Positions 19,941-29,260 of a DNA stretch of 64,000 nt are shown in pieces. A program made the position numbers and the translations under genes. How positions within the stretch are numbered: the stretch's first letter is position 1; each line of letters starts with the position of its first letter. Source of the DNA: an uncultured bacterium (GTDB taxonomy: Bacteria; Babelota; Babeliae; Babelales; Babelaceae); NCBI GenBank assembly GCA_963819815.1, contig CAWFXL010000001.1, positions 1,088,001 through 1,152,000 of the forward strand, in the 5' to 3' direction. Under the pieces are notes generated by a model. It saw nothing but the letters and a program-made list of their open reading frames with translations, had not been told where the DNA came from and did not search any database.

Positions 19941-20908
19941 GATCTTCCTTCACGAAATTGGCGCTGCCTCTCTTTAATTTGGTCAGTCCAATGGCCAGCA
20001 TAGAGTCTCTTAATATCATATTTTTTTGAGGCAACTTTTATATAGGCTTCTTGTAAGAACTCTTGTGTTACATCATCCCATGAATCAACAATAAGTACAG
20101 GAAGTCCCTCATAAAGGGGATCAAGTTGTGACCGCTTGACCACAGGGATTGAACCAACAAGAAGCGCTTCCCAGGTTCGATAGCAATCTGGCCCAAGCCC
20201 TTCAGGCGAAAGCGTAAAACATGATTGTGCCATCTCTCTTAAATAGTCTTTAAATTCTTGCCGCTCACCATGCTTGCAATAGGGCTCATTCAAAAAGCGC
20301 TTTCTGAGCTTTTTACGTTCTGGTTTTCCATCATACGCAAAATTCATGTATACAAGATATTCTTTCTTAGTTGTGGTACGGAACCGCTTAAAATCTTTAT
20401 TAAGCCTGTCTCTATGCTTATAGAAGTACGGATCCTGAAGAATACCGATAGGAATTGGATGAAACTTGGGATGGTTCATCGCCATTTGATTAGCATGGAT
20501 ACCAAACCAGGCAATGACCTTCTTTTCATCAAGATAGCGCTTATAGTCATCAATCATTTTATCTAAGCATTCACCAGCGGAGACTACAATATAGGGATGC
20601 TTAATCTTAGGATGCATTTCCTTAAAGAACTCAGGAAACATACGAACAAAAATCGTATCCCCCGGCTTTACATCATTTGGATTAAACGTTACCCCATGCT
20701 CCTCATCTGTCGGCCAGCGCCAAATGTCGACCCTTGGATCATATACATGATCACAAAAATATTGATATTGCCATCTCATCACAAAATTAGGGGTATCACA
20801 TGCGCCATAATATAACGGGTCAATGCCAGAACATTCTTCCTTGTCTTGTCGGCCTGTTAATCCAAAATGGATCCCTACGAGTATAAGTAGTGCGATCTTT
20901 CCTTTCAT
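19937..20908 (-). CDS. Exostosin/GT47-like glycosyltransferase
   Basis: FTLSPEGLGPDCYRTWEALLVGSIP; signal/anchor; closest in-window paralog is 12765..13787. Confidence 0.8.
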   Translation of the reverse strand: MKGKIALLILVGIHFGLTGRQDKEECSGIDPLYYGACDTPNFVMRWQYQYFCDHVYDPRVDIWRWPTDEEHGVTFNPNDVKPGDTIFVRMFPEFFKEMHPKIKHPYIVVSAGECLDKMIDDYKRYLDEKKVIAWFGIHANQMAMNHPKFHPIPIGILQDPYFYKHRDRLNKDFKRFRTTTKKEYLVYMNFAYDGKPERKKLRKRFLNEPYCKHGERQEFKDYLREMAQSCFTLSPEGLGPDCYRTWEALLVGSIPVVKRSQLDPLYEGLPVLIVDSWDDVTQEFLQEAYIKVASKKYDIKRLYAGHWTDQIKERQRQFREGRS

Positions 20909-21876
20909 CCGAGCTCCTGTGTAGCCTTACGTAAGAACTCATCCCTAAGTTTGAAGATTTTTAGACTCCAATACTCTATAAAGAGCTTATCTATAGACCA
21001 TTTTTTTTGAGTAATTTCGGCATATTTTCTTTCAAGGTACTCTTCCGTAATAGTATCCCATCGATCTATAATCAAAATAGGCAAATCTGCATACAAACTA
21101 TCTAATTGTGAGGTGTGGACTATAGGGATAGACCCTACCAATAAAGCTTCCCAGGTTCGGTAGGTGTCGGGGCCATATCCTCGAGGTGAGAGAGAAAATT
21201 TGAACTCAGACATCTGTTGCATATATTCAAGAAAGGGAAGTCTGTTGGTAACTTTAAAGCAATAGTCTTTATCAGCAAAATAGTCGACGACCTCAGCCCG
21301 TTCAGGCTTCATACCTCGTAAATCACCAAAGTTACTGTAGAGAAGCTTAGTTTTTGGGGCGGCACGCAACTTTGCAAAGTGTTGAGTAAGTTCTTTTCGG
21401 GGCTCATAGAATTTTTTATCTTGATAAATCCCTAAAGGGAGCTGATGGAACTTAGGATGTGTTTCATAGCAGTCTTGATGTACAGCAAACCAAGCAATAA
21501 TCTTTTCATCATCAAGATACTTTAGATGCGCGGGAGTGACCTGGTCGCGGAATTCACCTGCGGTTATCATAATATAAGGTTCCTTAATCTTTGGGTGAAG
21601 CTTTTTCATAAACCGAAGTACATCTCGTACAAAGATAAGATCCCCCCTTTTTACCTCTTGAGGATTAAAAGTAACACCCTCAGGATCTGATGGCCAGGCA
21701 TATATATTTGTATGAGGATCATAAACGTGATGGCACAAATTCTGAAAGTGCCAACGCATAATATAATTTTCTGAATAGGTTCCCTCAAATAAAGTAGATT
21801 GTTCAGTAACCTTTGCCGCTACAGAATATACAAGTGCTACGAGCAGAAACCCCATTAGCCTGGAACCCAATATCAT
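20905..21876 (-). CDS. Exostosin/GT47-like glycosyltransferase
   Basis: FSLSPRGYGPDTYRTWEALLVGSIP; AGGAGG RBS before ATG 21876; signal peptide. Confidence 0.8.
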   Translation of the reverse strand: MILGSRLMGFLLVALVYSVAAKVTEQSTLFEGTYSENYIMRWHFQNLCHHVYDPHTNIYAWPSDPEGVTFNPQEVKRGDLIFVRDVLRFMKKLHPKIKEPYIMITAGEFRDQVTPAHLKYLDDEKIIAWFAVHQDCYETHPKFHQLPLGIYQDKKFYEPRKELTQHFAKLRAAPKTKLLYSNFGDLRGMKPERAEVVDYFADKDYCFKVTNRLPFLEYMQQMSEFKFSLSPRGYGPDTYRTWEALLVGSIPIVHTSQLDSLYADLPILIIDRWDTITEEYLERKYAEITQKKWSIDKLFIEYWSLKIFKLRDEFLRKATQELG

Positions 21877-22083
21877 AATACCTCCTTTTTTAATCAAGTA
21901 ATCCAGCAATAATCTATACTTTTTCAAAAATAGTTAGCAAGAGTTTAGAGAAATTTTTTTTGGGCGACTGCTGATGAAAGCAAGAATCCAAGAGCTCTTA
22001 TTTATATTTCCATTGTTTTTTAGCGTGCATACATGCTAAAATCCCTTTAAATACCATAAGTTCGTAAAAAAAGGTCTTTCATC

Positions 22084-23085
22084 ATGACAGATAAAAGAAT
22101 TATCCTTATTATTTTATCACTCGTAAAATACGAAGCATCCGGAAGCATTATAGGTCATTCTGAACTCAGCTCAAGAGAACACTTTGAGTATATGGAATCT
22201 TGTTTAGAGAAAGAGGCTATTGTTGATATCTCTCCTTTTGTAAAAGCTGAAGGAATACGGCCTACCCACAAAATCAAGTTAATCACCTTAGAAAGCGGTC
22301 TCAAAGCTCTCTTTAAGACTGGAGAGTATCATTATGCGGAAGTAGCCGGATATCGGCTGAGCAAGCTCCTTAATATATTCTTAGTTCCACCAACAATATT
22401 CAGAACCATTGCAGGGACCCAAGGAAGTCTGCAGCTATACATACATGCACCAAATCTCGCTTCCCTAGCAAATCCTTCAAAAGTTCTTGAAAAAATCGAT
22501 AAGAAAGCAATCAGCGATATGCAGCTTTTTTATTATCTAGCGGGTCAATGGGATACCCATTATGGCAATCAACTCATTGTAAAAAAAGACAACGTTTATC
22601 GATTATGGTTAATTGATAATTCTAGCATATATCATCGCTCCTATAGCAAGTACAAATCGATAACCTACATTGAGAAAGGTACAAACACAGATATTACATC
22701 ATATTCATCAAAAGCATTCCCTTTTGAGAATGCACGCACAATCACCGGTGACCAAGTACACACACTATTTAGTCCCTATATATCTTCAAAGATGCACCTT
22801 AGAAGCCTTTCAAAACAGCCAAAGCTTACTTATATCATATGGAATTCGACACTTTGGCTAGCCTACAATACAAAAGGCCCCTCTCATATTAGCCGCCACA
22901 CCACCGCTTATTTCTCTTCTACCCTCAGTGCCTGTATGAACCTAACGCAAGAAAATCTCTCACAAGTCTGGGATGAAGTACTTCTCGTTGAACCTTCCTC
23001 TACAAAGGAACTCATTGAGTTAATGCTAATTAGACGAAATGAACTTCTCAAGGACTCATTGTTAAGGAGCATAATCGAAGACTGA
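22084..23085 (+). CDS. Atypical kinase (PI3/PI4-kinase / Fam20 / HipA-like fold) with signal peptide
   Basis: ALFK, AEVAGYRLSKLL, VPPT, GSLQLY, WDTHYGN catalytic loop, LIDN. Confidence 0.7.
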   Translation: MTDKRIILIILSLVKYEASGSIIGHSELSSREHFEYMESCLEKEAIVDISPFVKAEGIRPTHKIKLITLESGLKALFKTGEYHYAEVAGYRLSKLLNIFLVPPTIFRTIAGTQGSLQLYIHAPNLASLANPSKVLEKIDKKAISDMQLFYYLAGQWDTHYGNQLIVKKDNVYRLWLIDNSSIYHRSYSKYKSITYIEKGTNTDITSYSSKAFPFENARTITGDQVHTLFSPYISSKMHLRSLSKQPKLTYIIWNSTLWLAYNTKGPSHISRHTTAYFSSTLSACMNLTQENLSQVWDEVLLVEPSSTKELIELMLIRRNELLKDSLLRSIIED

Positions 23086-23460
23086 AAATCAAAAATCACT
23101 GATGTTCTTTAAATAACCAGCTCTATGAAACGCAACGCGCGTTAATCACCATACACATTCACAATTAATAAAAATCCCTTCTGGTAACATTATTGGAAAG
23201 AATTGTCTTGAGCTCAAAAATTAGGCAAAAAATCAGGACAAGTTTACATCTCACATCCGAATGCTTAATTTGGAAATTATTTTAGAAAATTTTGACTTTA
23301 TGTAATAATTAGGTGCTAACGTAGTGTAAAACCAAGAAAAGTATTGCGTTTGGAAATTAAAACCTGCTAACTTGAATATATATAGTTTAGAGGTTTAAAA
23401 AAAACAAAATTAAATTACATTACCAATTATAACATTTACATGAAAAATAATAAAAGGGGT

Positions 23461-24204
23461 ATGATGATGAATGCAGGATTTAGGCTTATGGGTGTAGCAG
23501 TCATCCTCATGGGCGTTGTAAACGAGACTAGTTCTCATTTAAAAAGCATTCCGAATGCTAAAACGGTAATACTTTTTGCCCCCCATCCTGATGATGATGT
23601 GCTTGGTTGCGGTGGAACCCTGATACAGCATATTAATGACAAATCACGAATCATCCTCATCTACCTGACCTCTGGCGAAGCCGCATACCACACAAATGGA
23701 CGCCAAGAACTCGCGCAGATTCGTGAAGAAGAAGCAAAAAAAGCCGCTGGCATGCTCGGCATACATGAGCTCATATTTCTGAAAGAGCCCGATGGTCAGC
23801 TAAAAAATTCTCCTGATACCGCCAAAAAAATCGCTGATCTAATAATGCAATTTGAGCCTGACCTCATTTACGTACCTCATGAAGGAGATCAGCATAGAGA
23901 TCATATAGCAACTAATCATCTGGTAATAGATGCCATAAAAACAATAAAAGAATCTCTTCCAATGCTGCCTTTAATTCTTGGCTACGAAGTATGGACACCT
24001 ATACAACATTTTACTCACGTGTCCAATATCTCTCATGACATAGATCAAAAAATAAAAGCTCTCAATGCCCATATAAGTCAAATCAAGGTTATGAATTTTT
24101 CCGAGGCTGTAAAGGCTCTCAATAAGTATCGAGGCATCATGCATGGACATGGAAAACCTATGTATGCCTATGCCGAATGCTTTCAGGAAATACATATTGC
24201 TTAA
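23461..24204 (+). CDS. PIG-L/LmbE family N-acetylglucosaminyl deacetylase with signal-like N-terminus
   Basis: APHPDDDVLGCGG, TSGE, REEE, HRDH, YE, HISQ, AECF. Confidence 0.9.
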   Translation: MMMNAGFRLMGVAVILMGVVNETSSHLKSIPNAKTVILFAPHPDDDVLGCGGTLIQHINDKSRIILIYLTSGEAAYHTNGRQELAQIREEEAKKAAGMLGIHELIFLKEPDGQLKNSPDTAKKIADLIMQFEPDLIYVPHEGDQHRDHIATNHLVIDAIKTIKESLPMLPLILGYEVWTPIQHFTHVSNISHDIDQKIKALNAHISQIKVMNFSEAVKALNKYRGIMHGHGKPMYAYAECFQEIHIA

Positions 24205-24369
24205 AAAGATCTAAAGTCGTTCTTACAAATTTGTTAAACGTATGAAACTCCATTATTATGCTATAATTTTATAAATACTGATTATTTACCTATCCATTTA
24301 GCCCGCTTGAGTTCGTAAATAAAAGAAATCAATTGGCAGGACACTTATCTATATGCTAAAAAAATCATA

Positions 24370-24524
24370 TTGACATACTCACCCAAGAATAAATTCCGGG
24401 GATTCTGGGATCAGACAGCGATAGCCAACAAAGTTGGTCCTGCATCACCTAACCCAAGGGTTGATGCCCCAACTCGTTCGATGTTTTTCGCAGTATTATA
24501 GTCTCTATCATGAGTGGTTCTACA
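24370..24524 (-). mobile_element. tnpB: IS200/IS605-family relic: tnpB 3' end plus right end
   Basis: Translates CRTTHDRDYNTAKNIERVGASTLGLG...*, matching the TnpB RuvC-III motif DRDxNAAxNI; followed by ...GAGTATGTCAA right end. Confidence 0.75.
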
Positions 24525-24967
24525 CCGATAAATCACTCAATACAAAGGCGAAGCTACTCTGGCACTATTTTGATTATTAAAAACCGCCATAGTTCACATG
24601 TGATATTGCCAGCAAATGAGATACATGCAAGAGTTCTTAGAAGATATTAACTCGATGAAGATGAAATCGAGATCATATCTTGTGCTTCTCCTTCCCAGCA
24701 CAGAGGGTAAAAGTTCAATTACTATTCCCTAAAGAGCAACTCTCTACAAAACTAGATTATTTTTCGTAGATTCTCATGCTTGGATAAACTAACTAGAATT
24801 TGTTAGGCCAATAAACTTCACCCATTTAACTGCTTATTCTAGCGCTTTCTCTTAGGAGATTATATTCCTTGATTTAAAATCTTGCGTGCGACATATATTC
24901 CTGCTATCTCACATCCTATCAATTCGGAACTTTCCCAATACATGCTACTCTTTTACAAAGATAGGTA

Positions 24968-25003
24968 GAAGGACCGATCAGGGCATAACCCCGTCGGTCC
25001 TTC
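24968..25003 (-). terminator. Stem-loop downstream of the collagen-like gene
   Basis: GAAGGACCGA ... TCGGTCCTTC 10-bp stem with inner GGG/CCC. Confidence 0.55.
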
Positions 25004-25018
25004 GTAATATCCTACTCT

Positions 25019-27175
25019 TTATTTAAAGTCACAACTCTTTGTATATCTGAATGATGCACCCATAAGGTATACATCATGACAATATTCTTTGTCTCCGCAA
25101 TCGAGTGGTTTATTGTCATCACAGCTATCTCGGTCGATCACAAAGATTGCAAGATCTTGAGGACATATGTGCTTCGATTTAAGAGGTACTGTCACACGAT
25201 AATGCCGAAGTTTTTGACACTTCTCACTCAAACATGGCTCCTCAATCTCGATGCTTTCAGTCTCACAATCATCAAAGAAACAACCAATATTTTGTGCATT
25301 TCCCTTATAATCAGAACGTACACGTATCTTGACCTTCTTCTTATCACATTCAGTAAATGTATTATCCGTATTAGCGACAACAATATGCAGATCTAATTCT
25401 GTCTTACAATGATTGTCTAGATCCTTTGGAACCTCAAAATAGAGGCTAATAGGATTTTGTTTCTCAGAGCTCGGCTTCATTGGCCATCCACGTAGCGCTA
25501 TCGCTGGATGAGTATCATAGACCATGAAGAAGCTACTTATAGAATCATCCGGTGTAGTCATATCAAATGGAGTGAACGATAATTCACCAACTTTACCACA
25601 ACCTTTTCCAGAAGGCCCTGTAGCCCCAGTGCTACCGCGAAGACCAGTATCTCCTTTCGGACCTTGCTGACCCCTAAAACCAGTTGCTCCAGTATCACCT
25701 TTTGGACCACGATCTCCCTTAGGACCCGTTGCACCAACATCACCTTTTGGTCCTCCTTTACCTGTTGCACCTTTATCACCTTTAGGACCACGATCACCTA
25801 TAGGACCCGTTATACCTGGATATCCTTTTTGACCACGATCACCTCTTGGACCCGTTGCACCTGCAGTACCTTTAGGACCGCAAGGACCTGTATTACCTTG
25901 AGGACCAATTAATCCGGTAGCTCCAGTAGTACCTTGAGGACCGCGAGGACCTGTAGCACCTGTATAACCGCGAGGACCTCTTGAACCTATAGGTCCTCTT
26001 TCCCCAATATCACCTTTTTCACCAGGTTTTCCAGCAAAGCCTCGGGGACCAGTCGCACCTGTGAAGCCACGTGGACCTCTATTACCCTTTGGACCTGTTA
26101 CTCCACGGGGTCCCGTTGCTCCAGTTCTTCCTCTTGGACCGGTAGTACCAATTTCTCCTTCTGGACCACGCGCTCCGGTAACACCTTGAGGACCTCTAGG
26201 ACCAGTTGAACCCGTGTGACCACGAGGACCTTTTGATCCTTTAGCACCGGTTACACCAGGGCAACCATTTTGTCCAGTGACGCCAGTATCTCCTTTTGGA
26301 CCAGTCGCACCGGTAGCTCCAGTAGCACCGCGCTCACCCTCTATACCACGTTTTCCTTCACCCTTTGGACCGGTAGCACCTTTATCACCTTTAGGACCTG
26401 TTGCTCCAGTGACACCTTTTTCACCGTCTCTGCCACGCTTTCCAGTATCACCTCTTGGACCAGTAGCACCTCTTTGTCCTGTATTTCCAGTTGCTCCTCT
26501 TAAACCAGTAGGTCCCGTGGCTCCCTTAGGACCGGTGGCTCCAGTTGCACCCTTAGGACCTTTAATTCCAGTTGCCCCACGAGGACCTGTTAAACCTGTT
26601 GCACCTTTGGGGCACTTAAATCCTGTTACGCCCGTAAGACCTGTAGATCCTGTAACACCCGTAAGACCTGTGCATCCTGTTACCCCGGTAACGCCAGTAC
26701 ACCCGGTAACACCCGTAAGGCCTGTGCATCCTGTCAAACCAGTAAGACCAGAACACCCGGTAGCACCGGTATGCCCTCTTCGTTCATAAGAACGACCACT
26801 TCTTCCAGCAGACCCTTTTGGACCGTTATTTCTTGATTGGCCAGACCCAGGAGTATCTTTATAGTGCATTTCGGTATGACGCAAAACAGATTTAAGTTCC
26901 TCAATAGATGTAGGCAAACTTTTTTCTTTGTTTTCTAATAAAGCACTGGTACCAACTACAGTCTCCACTTCTTGAGAAGCTGCTTTCAGAGTTTCGCTTG
27001 TCGCCTTATTGGTCGATACAGCTTTTATAGGAGTAACAACAGCTGTTTTACTATCAGCGCTCGCAGTCCTTCTCTGGATAGATTTTTTTATTGGGCTCTC
27101 GGCAGAGAGTGAAATCGAAGTACTCAGTAACAAGAGCACTGAGATCTTCCATAGTTCCCTTAAAGTTTGCTTCAT
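25019..27175 (-). CDS. Secreted collagen-like protein (about 125-130 Gly-X-Y triplets, Thr-rich) with Cys-rich C-terminal globular domain
   Basis: Gly-X-Y run at about 25611..26776 with two imperfections (GFKCPK, GEGKR); signal peptide; AAGGAG RBS. Confidence 0.9.
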   Translation of the reverse strand: MKQTLRELWKISVLLLLSTSISLSAESPIKKSIQRRTASADSKTAVVTPIKAVSTNKATSETLKAASQEVETVVGTSALLENKEKSLPTSIEELKSVLRHTEMHYKDTPGSGQSRNNGPKGSAGRSGRSYERRGHTGATGCSGLTGLTGCTGLTGVTGCTGVTGVTGCTGLTGVTGSTGLTGVTGFKCPKGATGLTGPRGATGIKGPKGATGATGPKGATGPTGLRGATGNTGQRGATGPRGDTGKRGRDGEKGVTGATGPKGDKGATGPKGEGKRGIEGERGATGATGATGPKGDTGVTGQNGCPGVTGAKGSKGPRGHTGSTGPRGPQGVTGARGPEGEIGTTGPRGRTGATGPRGVTGPKGNRGPRGFTGATGPRGFAGKPGEKGDIGERGPIGSRGPRGYTGATGPRGPQGTTGATGLIGPQGNTGPCGPKGTAGATGPRGDRGQKGYPGITGPIGDRGPKGDKGATGKGGPKGDVGATGPKGDRGPKGDTGATGFRGQQGPKGDTGLRGSTGATGPSGKGCGKVGELSFTPFDMTTPDDSISSFFMVYDTHPAIALRGWPMKPSSEKQNPISLYFEVPKDLDNHCKTELDLHIVVANTDNTFTECDKKKVKIRVRSDYKGNAQNIGCFFDDCETESIEIEEPCLSEKCQKLRHYRVTVPLKSKHICPQDLAIFVIDRDSCDDNKPLDCGDKEYCHDVYLMGASFRYTKSCDFK

Positions 27176-27405
27176 TCTTTCTCCTTGTAGGTGTTGGTAT
27201 ATTTTGGTTTTCCACATCTAAGAGCACTATCCACAATCTTGAGATAGTCTACTCACTTTCTTTCACCCAAAAATAACAAATTCGAATAAGCAAAAACAAG
27301 AGTCTTAGTAAATTCTTTTTTAGTACTTAAAAGTATTGCCCTCTTTACTATTTTAGGAGTACGATTTTTAAAGTACGGAAGCAAAACATCTTAAAGGAGT
27401 TAGCA

Positions 27406-27987
27406 ATGAGTACAAAGAAACTTACCTCGTATAAGAAGAAAAGAGATTTTTCGCACACACCAGAGCCGCATAATTCAGAAAGCTCAAAGTTGGCACATCC
27501 TATTTTTGTAGTGCAGAAGCATGCTTCCCGAAGCACTCATTATGATTTCCGCCTTGAAGATGAAGGCGTCTTGAAATCTTGGGCCGTTCCCAAAGGACCA
27601 TCTACCGATCCACATGAAAAACAGTTAGCACTTGAAACAGAAGATCACCCCATTGAGTATGCTCAATTTGAAGGCATTATTCCGCCAGGTAACTATGGTG
27701 CAGGAAAGGTGATTATCTGGGATCGAGGTACTTTCAAAAATCTTAAAGACATACCTCTTTCAGTAGCTCTTAAAAAGGGGGAAGCTGTAGTAGAGCTGCA
27801 CGGAGAAAAACTCAAAGGTGATTATGCTCTCATTCGTACAAATTACCATGACAAAAAAGCCTGGTTGCTTATTAAGATGAAAGACTCATATGCACGACCA
27901 GAATATTCGATTACTCATGAGCAGCCTAAGTCAATCATCTCTCATAAAACTATCGAAGAACTTAACGAACCAGAAAAGACCTCATGA
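27406..27987 (+). CDS. ligD: LigD 3'-phosphoesterase domain protein (stand-alone)
   Basis: YKKKRDFSHTPEP, FVVQKHASRSTHYDFRLE, SWAVPKGPS, EDHP, YGAG. Confidence 0.92.
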   Translation: MSTKKLTSYKKKRDFSHTPEPHNSESSKLAHPIFVVQKHASRSTHYDFRLEDEGVLKSWAVPKGPSTDPHEKQLALETEDHPIEYAQFEGIIPPGNYGAGKVIIWDRGTFKNLKDIPLSVALKKGEAVVELHGEKLKGDYALIRTNYHDKKAWLLIKMKDSYARPEYSITHEQPKSIISHKTIEELNEPEKTS

Positions 27988-28904
27988 AGCTCGAATTTGG
28001 AAACTATACGGTCATTCTCAGCAATATAGATAAGCCCTTATTGGGTTCATATACTAAGGGAGATATCATCGACTACTATGCTGCAATGGCACCAAGGATG
28101 ATTCCCTATCTTAAGAATCATCCTCTCATGATGCAACGCTTTCCTGAGGGCCTTACAGGACAGTCCTTTTACCAAAAGGATATTTCGCAGTATTTTCCCG
28201 AATGGATAAAAAAAGTGCGCATCGAAAAAACGGGCGGTTTCTATAACGCTGTACTTTGCCAAAATCAAGCAACTCTTGTGTATCTTGCTAATCAAGCATG
28301 CATCACACCACATCTCTGGCTCTCACGATATGATAAACTCTCAGTACCTGATCGTATCATTTTTGATCTTGATCCATCAGGTCACGATTTTTCACATGTG
28401 CGCAAAGTTGCTCTCTCTTTAAAAGAACTCTTCGATATCTTAGGGTTGCACTCTTTTGTTATGACAAGTGGTTCAAAGGGACTTCACCTTTACCTTCCCT
28501 TAAAAAGATCCGTCACTTTTGATACCAGCAAAGAATTTGCACAGCGCTGTGCACAGATCATCGTCAAGAAACACCCTGACTTTAGTACCCTTGAAGTACG
28601 CAAACTCAAGAGAGGTCATAAAGTATTTATTGATATTCTTCGTAATCAACAAGGTGCAACAGCCGTCGCTCCTTATGCTCTACGAGCGTATCCAAATGCT
28701 CCCATAGCAATACCACTTTTTTGGAAAGAACTAGAAGATGAATCTCTTACGTCACAAAAGTATACTCTAGCCAACATAAGAGAAAGACTTATGAGTCAGG
28801 AAGATCCTTGGGAAGACTTTTTTACACAAAGCCAATCGATTGCGAAAGCACTTAAAAAGCTAAGGGGCCCTTACGGACCCCAAGAAGACCTCCAAGTCCC
28901 CTGA
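27984..28904 (+). CDS. ligD: LigD polymerase (AEP primase-polymerase) domain protein (stand-alone)
   Basis: RFPEG, FYQK, FDLDP, TSGSKGLH, FIDILRN, APYALRA; 4-bp overlap with the PE gene. Confidence 0.92.
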   Translation: MKLEFGNYTVILSNIDKPLLGSYTKGDIIDYYAAMAPRMIPYLKNHPLMMQRFPEGLTGQSFYQKDISQYFPEWIKKVRIEKTGGFYNAVLCQNQATLVYLANQACITPHLWLSRYDKLSVPDRIIFDLDPSGHDFSHVRKVALSLKELFDILGLHSFVMTSGSKGLHLYLPLKRSVTFDTSKEFAQRCAQIIVKKHPDFSTLEVRKLKRGHKVFIDILRNQQGATAVAPYALRAYPNAPIAIPLFWKELEDESLTSQKYTLANIRERLMSQEDPWEDFFTQSQSIAKALKKLRGPYGPQEDLQVP

Positions 28905-29260
28905 TATAAGTCTTGTAGACGTCTATGTACTACTATAGAGGAAAATCTACGAACAATATCAGCGGAAAAGATCTCATCTATTATAATAGCATATTTTTAC
29001 ATTATGGCAAATTTTTTATCAATATTTATTGCAAATAGGGATCATGGCGTTTCAAAAAATGCCCGTGTTCCAGAGGTTAAGAAACTTTGAAAATAACGAG
29101 TGTGTCGTGAAACGGGGTACGTGAAGACTTAGTGGTTTGAGTTCTCAATCAAAGCAAAGGTCCTAGATGATTAAATACGCCAAGAGAGCACTTTTAAACA
29201 TCCATAGGTTCTGAGAATAGCCGTATATCATAGTCCTAAAGACAAGACCATCAAAGACTA

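Noticed and set aside
26277..26789. 170-aa PVAP-rich ORF on the + strand
   Set aside because: Antisense shadow of the collagen Gly-X-Y repeat
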